NCBI GenBank assembly: GCA_021773835.1
Contig: JAJFJQ010000035.1
Coordinates: 183,213 to 247,212 of the forward strand
Origin: Gammaproteobacteria bacterium
Lineage (GTDB): Bacteria; Pseudomonadota; Gammaproteobacteria; Ga0077536
Length of the DNA stretch: 64,000 nt
Direction of reading: 5' to 3'
A program made the position numbers and the translations under genes. Positions 11,737 to 22,191 of the stretch are shown piece by piece (position 1 is the first letter of the stretch; each line of letters begins with the position of its first letter). Below the pieces are notes generated by a model, which was given only the letters and a program-made list of their open reading frames with translations, had not been told where the DNA came from and searched no databases.

Positions 11737-11877
11737 GGGTCGCTAGATTCCTGATTGGTCGCCGTCGTTGATGGTGCTCGTCGTCATTTGGCGTCCCGCA
11801 CTGACGATCCGCCGGGGTTTCCGTTGTTCTCTGCGATTGGATACAGGCGGGATCCGTCGCTGAAAAGCAGCGTTCGC

Positions 11878-11906
11878 ATTCTCGGTAGATAGAATGGTTT
11901 GTGCAA
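11878..11906 (-). promoter_or_regulatory. Putative sigma70 promoter of proS
   Basis: Minus strand TTGCAC-N17-GAGAAT. Confidence 0.45.
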
Positions 11907-11939
11907 CTTGCTGTTGAAATGTACCCGTGCCGCCGTCGC

Positions 11940-11968
11940 TTGACCTCTTGTTTGAATCCCAGTAATTT
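11940..11968 (+). promoter_or_regulatory. Putative sigma70 promoter of the ilv operon
   Basis: TTGACC-N17-TAATTT, about 130 nt upstream of the ilvB start. Confidence 0.55.
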
Positions 11969-12100
11969 GCCCTGTTCTCTGCATCTTAAGCGCAAACGGA
12001 GCGTCCACGATGGCGACTCCGGGCCGCGATGTCTTACCGGGGCACCAAGTGCCGGGCGCCGGTGCATTCAGTAACAACCGATGAGTTAGGAAGAGTTAAC

Positions 12101-13822
12101 GTGAGCGAGAAATTGAGGGGCGCGGAAATATTCTGCCGTGCGCTGGCGGATGAAGGTGTGGATATTGTTTTCGGCTACCCCGGCGGGGCCGTGCTGCACA
12201 TCTACGACGAGGTGTTTAAGCAAGACAAATTCAAGCACGTTCTCGTACGCCATGAGCAAGGCGCAACGCACGCAGCAGACGGCTATGCGCGTGCCACCGG
12301 CAAGCCGGGCGTTGTACTCGTCACCTCTGGCCCGGGCGCAACCAACTGCGTAACGGGCATCGCGACGGCGTATATGGATTCGATCCCGCTAGTGGTATTC
12401 ACCGGCCAGGTTTCGACAGCGCTGATCGGCAACGACGCTTTTCAGGAAGTCGATTGCGTTGGTATTACCCGCCCTTGTGTTAAACATAATTTTCTCGTCG
12501 AGCGGGTGGAAGATCTCGCCATTACGATCAAGAAGGCATTTTATATCGCCAGTTCCGGTCGGCCGGGCCCGGTGGTCGTCGACATTCCTAAAGACGTGAC
12601 TGCAAACGTGACGGAATACCACTACCCGGAGTCCGTCGACGTACGCTCCTACAAGCCGACGACGAAGGGACATCCAGGCCAAATCAAAAAGGCGTTGCAA
12701 CTAATTTCGCAGGCCTCTAAGCCGATGATCTATACCGGGGGTGGTGTCATTCTCGATAATGCCTCGGAGCAGTTAACGGAATTTACCCGGATCCTGGGCT
12801 TTCCAATCACAAATACGTTGATGGGTCTCGGTGCATATCCTGGTACCGATCCCCAATTCATCGGCATGCTCGGTATGCATGGCACTTACGAAGCGAACAT
12901 GGCCATGCACGAGTGCGATCTACTTATCGCGATAGGCGCACGATTTGACGATCGTGTGACCGGCGATCTCGCGCAGTTTTGTCCAGAGGCGAAAATTATC
13001 CACATTGATATCGACCCGTCTTCGATTTCGAAAAATGTCCCGGTCGACGTGCCGATCGTCGGCGGCGTGAGCCATGTTCTCAGCGAAATGAATCGCTTGT
13101 TGCGAGAAGACGAAGTCAAACCGGTCGACCGCGCAAAAGATCATTGGTGGCAGCAAATCGTTACCTGGCAGGGACTTGATTGTTTGAAATTCGATGGCGA
13201 CAGCCCATTGATCAAACCACAGGCAGTGGTGGAATCACTCTACGATGTGACGAAAGGGGATGCCTTCATTACTTCTGATGTAGGCCAACACCAAATGTGG
13301 GCCGCACAGTACTATAAGTTTGACCAGCCGCGACGTTGGATTAACTCTGGGGGGCTTGGCACAATGGGATTTGGCTTGCCGGCAGCGATGGGTGTTCAAT
13401 TCGCCTATCCGGATAGTGCTGTGGCGTGCATCACTGGAGAGGCAAGCGTCGTTATGTGCATCCAGGAATTATCTACGTGCTTGCAGTACGATCTGCCAAT
13501 AAAAATGATCAGTCTCAATAATCGTTACATGGGCATGGTGCGCCAATGGCAGGAGTTTTTTTACGATAGCCGGTATTCACACTCCTATATGGATGCGCTT
13601 CCAGACTTTGTTAAGCTCGCAGAGAGCTTCGGTCACGTCGGCATGCGGATCGAAAATCCGAGTGACGTTGACGGTGCCTTGAGAGAGGCATTCGCCATGA
13701 AAAATCGGCTCGTGTTCATGGATTTCGTTACTGACCAAAGTGAAAACGTCTATCCCATGATTGCCGCCGGCAAGGGCCAACATGAAATGCATTTAGCCAG
13801 TGACGTTCGCGAACTTGCATGA
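12101..13822 (+). CDS. ilvB: Acetolactate synthase large subunit (ilvI/ilvB)
   Basis: Motifs FGYPGGAVL, RHEQGA.HAADGYAR and SGGLGTMGFG; GTG start at 12101 after an AGGAAGAG SD (track start 12029 is too early). Confidence 0.97.
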   Translation: MSEKLRGAEIFCRALADEGVDIVFGYPGGAVLHIYDEVFKQDKFKHVLVRHEQGATHAADGYARATGKPGVVLVTSGPGATNCVTGIATAYMDSIPLVVFTGQVSTALIGNDAFQEVDCVGITRPCVKHNFLVERVEDLAITIKKAFYIASSGRPGPVVVDIPKDVTANVTEYHYPESVDVRSYKPTTKGHPGQIKKALQLISQASKPMIYTGGGVILDNASEQLTEFTRILGFPITNTLMGLGAYPGTDPQFIGMLGMHGTYEANMAMHECDLLIAIGARFDDRVTGDLAQFCPEAKIIHIDIDPSSISKNVPVDVPIVGGVSHVLSEMNRLLREDEVKPVDRAKDHWWQQIVTWQGLDCLKFDGDSPLIKPQAVVESLYDVTKGDAFITSDVGQHQMWAAQYYKFDQPRRWINSGGLGTMGFGLPAAMGVQFAYPDSAVACITGEASVVMCIQELSTCLQYDLPIKMISLNNRYMGMVRQWQEFFYDSRYSHSYMDALPDFVKLAESFGHVGMRIENPSDVDGALREAFAMKNRLVFMDFVTDQSENVYPMIAAGKGQHEMHLASDVRELA

Positions 13823-14319
13823 GCGTGCGTCACACGATCTCGATTTTGCTTGAGAACGAAGCCGGTGCGCTATCGCGCGTGGCCGGACTGTTTTCCGCGC
13901 GGGCCTACAATATTGAGTCGCTTTCGGTTGCGCCAACCGAAGATCCAACGGTATCGCGGCTGACGCTTGTGACGAGCGGTTCACCTGAGATAATCGAGCA
14001 AATCACTAAACAGTTAAACAAGCTCGTCGATGTTATACGGTTGGTCGATTTGAACGAAAGTCGTGCTATTGAGCGCGAGCTTATGTTGATCAAACTCCGC
14101 GCGGCCGGGGGCGAGCAACGCGAAGAGATGAAGCGTCTCATCGACATTTTCGAGGGCAGTGTCGTTGACGTGACCGAATCCACCTATACGGTCGAGATCA
14201 TTGGCGACGGCGAGAAGCTCGATTCCTTCATAGAGGCAGTGAGTCCGAAACGAATATTGGAAGTTGTCCGCTCTGGCGTACTTGGGATCCTACGCGGAAC
14301 CAAGGCACTTCGTGCCTAG
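13819..14319 (+). CDS. ilvN: Acetolactate synthase small subunit (ilvH/ilvN)
   Basis: Motifs ENEAGALSRVAGLFSARAYNIESL and QITKQLNKLVDV. Confidence 0.97.
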   Translation: MSVRHTISILLENEAGALSRVAGLFSARAYNIESLSVAPTEDPTVSRLTLVTSGSPEIIEQITKQLNKLVDVIRLVDLNESRAIERELMLIKLRAAGGEQREEMKRLIDIFEGSVVDVTESTYTVEIIGDGEKLDSFIEAVSPKRILEVVRSGVLGILRGTKALRA

Positions 14320-14353
14320 CAGCGGTCTCGAATATTGTCACGACTGCGTCTAA

Positions 14354-15433
<1,080 letters not shown>

Positions 15434-15532
15434 CGTCCAGGTCAGAGAACGGCAGGCATCGAGTTTACCCGGGAGCGGCGGTGCCTGGTGTCGACGTGGC
15501 AACGGTAGGAAAATTCAGCGATGTGATGGGTC

Positions 15533-16237
15533 GTGCCGACTAAGCAATACGCACTTATCGCGCGCGAATCCCACCCCACACTGGCGTTTGTCGGTGTTTG
15601 CGCAATCGCCGTGCACGTCGTATTTGGCGGCTATTTTGCGAGCCCTTTATGGTTGTTGCTCGGCTGCCTGTTTTATTTATTTCGGGACCCCACACAATCG
15701 CCACCCTCTCTTCCGTTAGCGATCGTAAGCCCCATCTATGGTACCGTGACAGCGCACGGGAACGTGCACGATCCATGGCTTAAGCGTCGCGCAGAAGCCA
15801 TTGTCATTCGGACCGGCCCGTTTGATGTGCGCAGCATCTACGCGCCGATCGAGGGGAAAATCATCGAACAGTGGAGTCGGATACCGAACCCCCAACCCGA
15901 CGACGATAGCCCTGCTCATTCATGCGCCTATTGGATCAAGACGGACGAGGATGACGACGTCGTGTTGGTCATCACGCGAGCTTCATGGGGTGGCCCGATC
16001 AGCTTTGGCTACAATCCGGGGGAGCGCGTCGGTCAAGGTCGGCGCGTCGGATTCGCCAATTTTGGCTGCAATGCGCGTGTGTATTTGCCGGTCGGGAGTC
16101 ATATTGAGGTCGCCGACGGTGATCGCGTTGCCGCCGGTAGTAGCGTGGTCGCGATGTTGGTCCACTTGACCCGGATGGCGAATCCGTCGAACCGCGGAAC
16201 TGACACCCAAATGAACACGCCTGAGGAAAGTAGTTGA
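15533..16237 (+). CDS. Phosphatidylserine decarboxylase-like protein, catalytic residues substituted
   Basis: LFRDP, AP.EGK and G.RVG.G.RVG...FG....YLP fold motifs; lies between ilvC and pssA; has FGC instead of FGS. Confidence 0.8.
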   Translation: MPTKQYALIARESHPTLAFVGVCAIAVHVVFGGYFASPLWLLLGCLFYLFRDPTQSPPSLPLAIVSPIYGTVTAHGNVHDPWLKRRAEAIVIRTGPFDVRSIYAPIEGKIIEQWSRIPNPQPDDDSPAHSCAYWIKTDEDDDVVLVITRASWGGPISFGYNPGERVGQGRRVGFANFGCNARVYLPVGSHIEVADGDRVAAGSSVVAMLVHLTRMANPSNRGTDTQMNTPEESS

Positions 16238-16274
16238 ACCCCGGCTCGTTATTTCGACTACAGTTATAGGAGTC

Positions 16275-17087
16275 ATGGACAGCAAGCACCAGCCCGAGTC
16301 CCCACTGCGCGAAGTGGCGCCCCACGCCGAGGTCAAGCCGCGTCGTAAGGGTATCTATCTGCTACCGAATTTGCTTACGACGGGCTCTTTATTTGCGGGT
16401 TTTTACGCCATCGTGGCCGCAATCAATGGAAGTTACGAGAGTGCTGCAATTTCGATTTTCGTGGCCATGGTCCTCGATGGTATGGACGGCCGCATCGCTC
16501 GAATGACGAATACTCAGAGTGACTTCGGCGCTGAATATGACAGCCTGGCGGACATGGTTTCGTTTGGGCTCGCTCCAGCGCTGGTTGCCTATGAGTGGAT
16601 CCTGGCAGACTTAGGTAAAATCGGTTGGTTGGGCGCGTTCGTGTTTACGTCAACCGCGGCGTTGCGCCTAGCTCGTTTTAACACCCAAGCAAGCGTTACA
16701 GATAAGCGATATTTTCAAGGGCTACCAAGTCCGGCAGCCGCAGCGGTTGTTGCTGGCATTATTTGGTTCGTCGAAAGCTACTCGTTGAAATCGGATCTGC
16801 CTGCCACCTCTGTGGTGTTCGTAGTGACGATCGCGATGGCATTTTTGATGGTGAGTAATATCCGCTACCACAGCTTCAAGGAACTTGATCTACGTGGCAA
16901 GGTGCCATTCGTCGCCGTGCTCGCGATTGTGCTCGGGTTCGTGCTCATCTCTATCGATCCGGCCGCGGTTTTGGCGCTTAGCTTTGTAGGCTATGCGGCG
17001 TCGGGTCCGCTGATGACCTTGCTGCAAATCCGCCAACGCCGGCGTGAACGAAGACAAGCGGCGCAATCTGATCGCGATGCTGCTTGA
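16275..17087 (+). CDS. pssA: CDP-diacylglycerol--serine O-phosphatidyltransferase (CDP-alcohol phosphotransferase type)
   Basis: Motifs [19 protein letters not shown]...SDFG..YDSLAD.VSFG and RLARFN. Confidence 0.96.
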   Translation: MDSKHQPESPLREVAPHAEVKPRRKGIYLLPNLLTTGSLFAGFYAIVAAINGSYESAAISIFVAMVLDGMDGRIARMTNTQSDFGAEYDSLADMVSFGLAPALVAYEWILADLGKIGWLGAFVFTSTAALRLARFNTQASVTDKRYFQGLPSPAAAAVVAGIIWFVESYSLKSDLPATSVVFVVTIAMAFLMVSNIRYHSFKELDLRGKVPFVAVLAIVLGFVLISIDPAAVLALSFVGYAASGPLMTLLQIRQRRRERRQAAQSDRDAA

Positions 17088-17158
17088 TCGTTCTACTAGG
17101 GGACCGGTCGGCACGGCCGTTGGGTACGGCGTCAAATGCCGCCGATCCGATTTCGTAG

Positions 17159-17863
17159 GTGCGTCCTTCTCCTCGCTCGATTGATTCGGCGATAAAACGG
17201 GAACTGATTGACTTGCAACACACCGACAGTCTCGCGGCAATGGATATTGACGTTTGGGTTCGACGCTCGGTCGACGACGGCCCCGATGCCCCGACACCGG
17301 TGATCGATCCAGCGAAACTCGCAGCAGAGGTCGCACGGTGTACCAGGTGTGACCTACATAGAGAGCGAACCCAAACCGTGTTTGGGATTGGCAATTTAAG
17401 CGCAGATCTCCTGATCATTGGTGAAGCGCCTGGGGCCGAGGAAGATCGCCTTGGTGAGCCCTTTGTTGGACGTGCAGGGAAGCTACTCAATTCTATGTTG
17501 CGTGCAATCGGTCTAACCCGCGAGCAGGTCTACATCGCGAACATATTGAAGTGTCGACCGCCGGGAAATCGGGACCCTAGTCCTGAGGAGGTTGCGAACT
17601 GCGCCTCCTACCTTGCCCGACAGGTGGATATCATACGACCCCGCATGATTCTTGCTGTGGGTCGCATTGCAGCGCAAAATCTACTGCACCGGACCACCCC
17701 AATCGGTAAAATGCGAGGGCAGCGGTATACTTACGGGGACCCGGAGATCCCGGTCATCGTGACCTACCATCCGGCCTATCTGCTGCGTTCGCCCCGGGAA
17801 AAGCGTAAGGCCTGGGCCGATTTGTTGCTGGTAAAAGAACTGATAGAGGAACCGATTTTGTGA
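17159..17863 (+). CDS. Uracil-DNA glycosylase family 4 (Fe-S); start may be about 50-80 nt downstream
   Basis: [33 protein letters not shown] and TYHPAYLLR. Confidence 0.93.
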   Translation: MRPSPRSIDSAIKRELIDLQHTDSLAAMDIDVWVRRSVDDGPDAPTPVIDPAKLAAEVARCTRCDLHRERTQTVFGIGNLSADLLIIGEAPGAEEDRLGEPFVGRAGKLLNSMLRAIGLTREQVYIANILKCRPPGNRDPSPEEVANCASYLARQVDIIRPRMILAVGRIAAQNLLHRTTPIGKMRGQRYTYGDPEIPVIVTYHPAYLLRSPREKRKAWADLLLVKELIEEPIL

Positions 17864-18339
17864 GTGCGGTACTCAAAGACCCACGCGCTAGCCTGCGACC
17901 AATGCGTGAGCATGACATTACTCAGGTATTCGCCATCGAGCGACGATCGTACGACTTTCCCTGGTCTGTTGGCGTATTCACCGACTGCCTTCGAGTCGGC
18001 TATTGCTGCTGGACGATCGTCGAGGAAAACGACCTGGCCGGTTACGGCATCATGACGGTAGCGGCCCAGGAGTGTCACATTCTGAATATTTGCGTCGACC
18101 CCAACTACCGCCGGCGCAGTTACGCGACAGCCCTGTTGGAGCAGCTGCTTGAGTCGGCGGCAACCCATGGCGCTACCACGGCTTATCTAGAGGTACGGCC
18201 TTCGAACATCGCTGCCATAGACCTCTACCTCGGGGCGGGTTTTTCCCGTATCGGAGAGCGGCCGAATTATTACCCAGCGAGAGATGGTCGAGAAGACGCG
18301 CTAGTATTGAGCATACCGGTCTCACCCACAGAGCCCTAG
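17860..18339 (+). CDS. rimI: Ribosomal protein S18 alanine N-acetyltransferase
   Basis: Motifs HILNICVDP, LEVRPSN..A..LY and R.NYYP....REDA. Confidence 0.93.
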   Translation: MSAVLKDPRASLRPMREHDITQVFAIERRSYDFPWSVGVFTDCLRVGYCCWTIVEENDLAGYGIMTVAAQECHILNICVDPNYRRRSYATALLEQLLESAATHGATTAYLEVRPSNIAAIDLYLGAGFSRIGERPNYYPARDGREDALVLSIPVSPTEP

Positions 18340-18446
18340 CGCGCGTTTAAGGGATGCATCCTCGGCTTGAATGAGACTCACATAAGCGCTAGCCTACTGC
18401 ACAAAGCTTCACAACAAATCCTTCAACAAAACCGCTGGTACCTTCA

Positions 18447-19013
18447 ATGAATGTTCGATCGTCGTCTGGGTTTGCCATCGCTTGCCTTACCGCCGCGCTC
18501 ACGCTCGTGATTGGCGCAAAACCAGCGCAAGCTTTGGACAGCATTGCGCTCGATCTCGGGACCGCCGCTGGCGATGCGGATGTTGAGCGATACGGGATCG
18601 CACTTACATGGGATTGGAATGCCCAGTGGCTTGCCGAAGGAGATTGGTATCTTGGTGGATATTGGGAGCTGGGCGCGAGCTATTGGGACGGAGATGAAGG
18701 GCGCACGGGCAATGATTCGCTCGGCGATTTTCATGTCACCCCCGTGCTGCGGTACCAACGAAAAGAGGGCTTAGCATTTTCGCCATTTGTTGAATTCGGC
18801 CTTGGTGCGCACGTGCACACGGACGACTCGATCGGTAATAAGCGGTTCGACGTACCATTCGCGTTTGGCAGTCATCTTGGGGGCGGTTTCCGATTTGGCA
18901 CGCAGGCGCAATATGAATTGATCTATCGTTTTCAACATTTATCGAATGCCGGAATTGGCGACGATAATCCGGGGATCAATTTTCACGTCTTGAACCTCCG
19001 CTACCGTTTCTAG
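18447..19013 (+). CDS. pagL: PagL-family outer-membrane lipid A 3-O-deacylase / acyloxyacyl hydrolase
   Basis: Signal peptide, amphipathic beta strands, YRFQHLSNAGI..NPGIN catalytic His-Ser motif and C-terminal Phe. Confidence 0.85.
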   Translation: MNVRSSSGFAIACLTAALTLVIGAKPAQALDSIALDLGTAAGDADVERYGIALTWDWNAQWLAEGDWYLGGYWELGASYWDGDEGRTGNDSLGDFHVTPVLRYQRKEGLAFSPFVEFGLGAHVHTDDSIGNKRFDVPFAFGSHLGGGFRFGTQAQYELIYRFQHLSNAGIGDDNPGINFHVLNLRYRF

Positions 19014-19147
19014 TCGGCAGTTTTCAATTATCGAATAGCACCTTGCCTTCCCGTTGGCCGTTCAACGGACAATCGACAAAAATGCTGGCGCACGCGACCC
19101 ATGGCCGCCGCAGCCACGCTCCTAGCTGCAATTTAAGCCCCGCCGTC

Positions 19148-19156
19148 TGCTAATAT
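19148..19156 (+). promoter_or_regulatory. Extended -10 element for cysM (probable leaderless start)
   Basis: TGCTAATAT followed by 6 nt then ATG 19163; no SD. Confidence 0.5.
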
Positions 19157-19162
19157 TTAGTC

Positions 19163-20053
19163 ATGGATCACTCAACGATAGAAGATTTCGTCGGCAATAC
19201 GCCATTAGTGCGTTTGCAGCGCCTGCCGGGGGCAACGACGAATACCATCTTGGCGAAACTTGAGGGCAATAATCCTGCGGGTTCGGTAAAGGATCGGCCG
19301 GCTATGTACATGATCCGCGGCGCGGAGGAGCGAGGGGAAATTGCCGCAGGAGATACCTTGATTGAAGCGACCAGTGGCAATACTGGCATCGCCTTGGCAA
19401 TGGCGGCTGCGATCAAGGGCTATCGAATGATTTTAGTGATGCCGGAAAATATGAGTGCCGAGCGTCGAGCAGTGATGAAGGCGTTTGGGGCGGAAATCGT
19501 TCTAACTTCACAGGAAGGCTCCATGGAGGAGGCGATTGATACCGCACGCACTATGGAGACGAATGGCGAGGGGATCATATTGGATCAGTTTTCGAACCCC
19601 GATAATCCACAGGCCCACTATCAGGGCACGGGGCCGGAAATATGGCGTGAAACGAACGGCGGCGTAACACATTTCGTAAGCTCCATGGGCACTACTGGAA
19701 CGATCATGGGGACCTCGAAATACTTGAAAGAATGTAATCCCGATGTTCAAGTTGTCGGTGTGCAACCGAAAGATGGTGCCTCAATCCCGGGCATTCGTCG
19801 CTGGCCAGAAGCCTACCTACCGAAAATTTACGACCGACAGCGAATCGATACGATTATCGAGGTTAGCCAAGAGGATGCCGAGGCAACGACCGTAGCGCTC
19901 GGTAAACGCGAAGGAATTTTCGCCGGTATCTCTTCCGGTGGTGCTGTTGCCGCTGCCTTGCGTTTGAGTGAGACGATCGAAAATTCTGTGATCGTCGTTA
20001 TCATTTGCGATCGTGGCGATCGATATTTATCTACCAACGTTTTTCCCAGTTAG
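19163..20053 (+). CDS. cysM: Cysteine synthase B
   Basis: Motifs AKLEGNNPAGSVKDR, EATSGNTG, IPGIRRWP and CDRGDRYLST. Confidence 0.97.
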   Translation: MDHSTIEDFVGNTPLVRLQRLPGATTNTILAKLEGNNPAGSVKDRPAMYMIRGAEERGEIAAGDTLIEATSGNTGIALAMAAAIKGYRMILVMPENMSAERRAVMKAFGAEIVLTSQEGSMEEAIDTARTMETNGEGIILDQFSNPDNPQAHYQGTGPEIWRETNGGVTHFVSSMGTTGTIMGTSKYLKECNPDVQVVGVQPKDGASIPGIRRWPEAYLPKIYDRQRIDTIIEVSQEDAEATTVALGKREGIFAGISSGGAVAAALRLSETIENSVIVVIICDRGDRYLSTNVFPS

Positions 20054-20071
20054 TTCCGCATCGCTTCGTCG

Positions 20072-22150
20072 GTGAGTCGATTAATTCGGTACCGACACTC
20101 CCGCGTCTGGCTGCCGTGCGTAATACGATGGTTTGTGATGGCGATTCTGTGCGCAGCCGTCGTCTCTATCAGTGCCGAAATCAATACTTCCGATACCGAG
20201 TCTATATCGGCTGATCCTATTAACCTTGAGTTCAGCATCGGCGACATAGAATTTTCCCCATCATTCCGGTTCAACGGAATCAGCGTACGTTGCACCATGT
20301 TGGCTTATGCATCAAATCAACTTCAATGCACTGAGGCGACGCTTCTCATCAGAGATTCGCCGATTGGGCCAATCTCACTTGCTGCGCGATTGACCTGGTA
20401 TCCAATCACTCGACGTTGGACCGTTGACGCGAACGGCGCTGTAGGCACGGCCAATAAACTCGAATTTCATTTAGATAGAACCGGTGACGATACGCATCTT
20501 CTCGTCGATCTCAGACAATTTGATATCACACTTTTGCCAAGGATTATTGGATCGCTAGTGCCTGAATTGGCGGAATACGATGTCGATTCCGGGACGCTGG
20601 ATCTGAAAGCGGATTGCCAGTTTAAAGCAAGCGTTGTTACTACATGTGATGCCGACGGCGAACTTGTAAACCTCAACGTAAATGGGGTTAACGTCGCAGA
20701 AAACGTGGCAATGGCCATTGCGTTTGCCTACGTCGCCGGCGGTGCCGGAACGCACCTCGACTTCAACATGTCTCTTCAGCGTGGTGCAATTTACGTCGAA
20801 CCAGGTTTCACACTAGGTGGAATAAACCCCGGGTTTCTAGTCACCGTAACTGATACTCCGATCGATGTGGCCGGTCGCGTGGAGTTGATGCGAACAGGCG
20901 AGGTCCGAGTCTTGGGTGCCGATCTATTGCATCGGGGGATTGTAGAAATGCATTTCGCCGGTGATCTCACGGTGACGCCGTCGCTTAACTGGCGCCTTCT
21001 CGATTTTTCCCTGCATGCAAAAGATGTGGCGGAGTTCTACAAAACTTATATGTTGCCCATTGCATTGAATACCGCATTCAGCTCGCTCGAAACGGCCGGT
21101 AGCGTGTCGGTGAACGTAATCGGATCCGATGATGTCATCACCGACTTCGATCTTCAGTTTGGCAAGGTTTATATCGACGATGAGGCAGGCCGATTCTCGC
21201 TGTACGACCTTGACGGCGACATCAAGTTGCATTCCGGTGACGAGATTTTGACGTCGCACCTCAACTGGATTGGTGGTGCTGTGTACCGGATTAACATTGG
21301 TCCCGGTCGAATCGACTGGGAATCCGCCGCAGGCAACTTAAAGATCGCTAGTTGGCAAGATGTGACCATTTTTGATGGTGAATTTCGCATGGATACGCTC
21401 GAGATAACGGATTTCAGCACAGAAGATGCAAAAGTCGTGCTATCCGGTAGTCTGAGCCCGATCACCTTGAGCGCATTGACATCGGCGTTTGGTTGGCTAC
21501 CGCTGTCGGGCAAGCTCGCCGGTACGATTCCACGGCTAAGCTACGCTGCGGACCGTCTCGAAATGGACGGTGACCTACATGTTAATGTCTTTGACGGCGA
21601 CATCTTTATTCGAGATCTCATGGTGGACAAGTTGTTCTCGACGCTGCCGCTGCTAACGGCAAACATCAGCCTTCGGCAGTTGGATTTGGAAGAAATCACT
21701 CACGCCTTATCGTTCGGGAACATCAGCGGGCGCGTGGACGGAAAGATAGCCGATCTTGAGCTGCAAGCGTGGCGCCCGATCCATTTTGATGCGGAGATTT
21801 CGACACCAGTAGATGACGACAGCCCGCACCGAATCAGTCGCCAAGCGGTCGATAATTTGGGGCGTTTAGGTGCCGGTACCGGCGGCGCGCTGTCGCAGGG
21901 GTGGCTGCGATTGATTCCCAATTATTCGTACGGTCGACTCGGTCTTAGTTGCCGATTATTGAATGGGTACTGCTCGATGGGTGGGGTGCAAGACGCATCC
22001 GATGGTGGTTTCTACATTCTTACGCGGGGCGGTATATTGCCGCCATGGATCGGTATCAAAGGATCGGGGCGCAGAATAAAATGGCAAACCTTGGTTGACG
22101 GTATTAAGCAGATTTCAGCAGGAAATTGGGAACTTGATGTCGGACTGTGA
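20072..22150 (+). CDS. Large YdbH/AsmA-like beta-rich envelope protein
   Basis: N-terminal hydrophobic anchor, long alternating beta-strand pattern, C-terminal dicarboxylate-transport/YdbH-like segment (VFDG...I.DL, ISRQAVDNL); directly upstream of a YdbL-like gene. Confidence 0.65.
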   Translation: MSRLIRYRHSRVWLPCVIRWFVMAILCAAVVSISAEINTSDTESISADPINLEFSIGDIEFSPSFRFNGISVRCTMLAYASNQLQCTEATLLIRDSPIGPISLAARLTWYPITRRWTVDANGAVGTANKLEFHLDRTGDDTHLLVDLRQFDITLLPRIIGSLVPELAEYDVDSGTLDLKADCQFKASVVTTCDADGELVNLNVNGVNVAENVAMAIAFAYVAGGAGTHLDFNMSLQRGAIYVEPGFTLGGINPGFLVTVTDTPIDVAGRVELMRTGEVRVLGADLLHRGIVEMHFAGDLTVTPSLNWRLLDFSLHAKDVAEFYKTYMLPIALNTAFSSLETAGSVSVNVIGSDDVITDFDLQFGKVYIDDEAGRFSLYDLDGDIKLHSGDEILTSHLNWIGGAVYRINIGPGRIDWESAAGNLKIASWQDVTIFDGEFRMDTLEITDFSTEDAKVVLSGSLSPITLSALTSAFGWLPLSGKLAGTIPRLSYAADRLEMDGDLHVNVFDGDIFIRDLMVDKLFSTLPLLTANISLRQLDLEEITHALSFGNISGRVDGKIADLELQAWRPIHFDAEISTPVDDDSPHRISRQAVDNLGRLGAGTGGALSQGWLRLIPNYSYGRLGLSCRLLNGYCSMGGVQDASDGGFYILTRGGILPPWIGIKGSGRRIKWQTLVDGIKQISAGNWELDVGL

Positions 22151-22191
22151 GCCGTAGTAATCGTAGAATTTGGAGTAAACGGAGAGTCGTT

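Noticed and set aside
11771-11863. Plus-strand ORF MVLVVIWRPA... resembling an ilv attenuator leader peptide (Val/Leu/Ile run)
   Set aside because: It lies upstream of the predicted ilv promoter (11940-11968), has no SD and no terminator with a U-tract follows; probably not on the ilv mRNA.
12010-12084. Short ORF MATPGRDVLPGHQVPGAGAFSNNR with a GC hairpin in the ilv leader
   Set aside because: It is not enriched in Ile/Leu/Val and there is no terminator/antiterminator pair.
17159-17863. UDG family 4 (often labelled phage SPO1 polymerase-related) as a prophage sign
   Set aside because: It is an ordinary chromosomal repair gene beside rimI, with no phage genes nearby.
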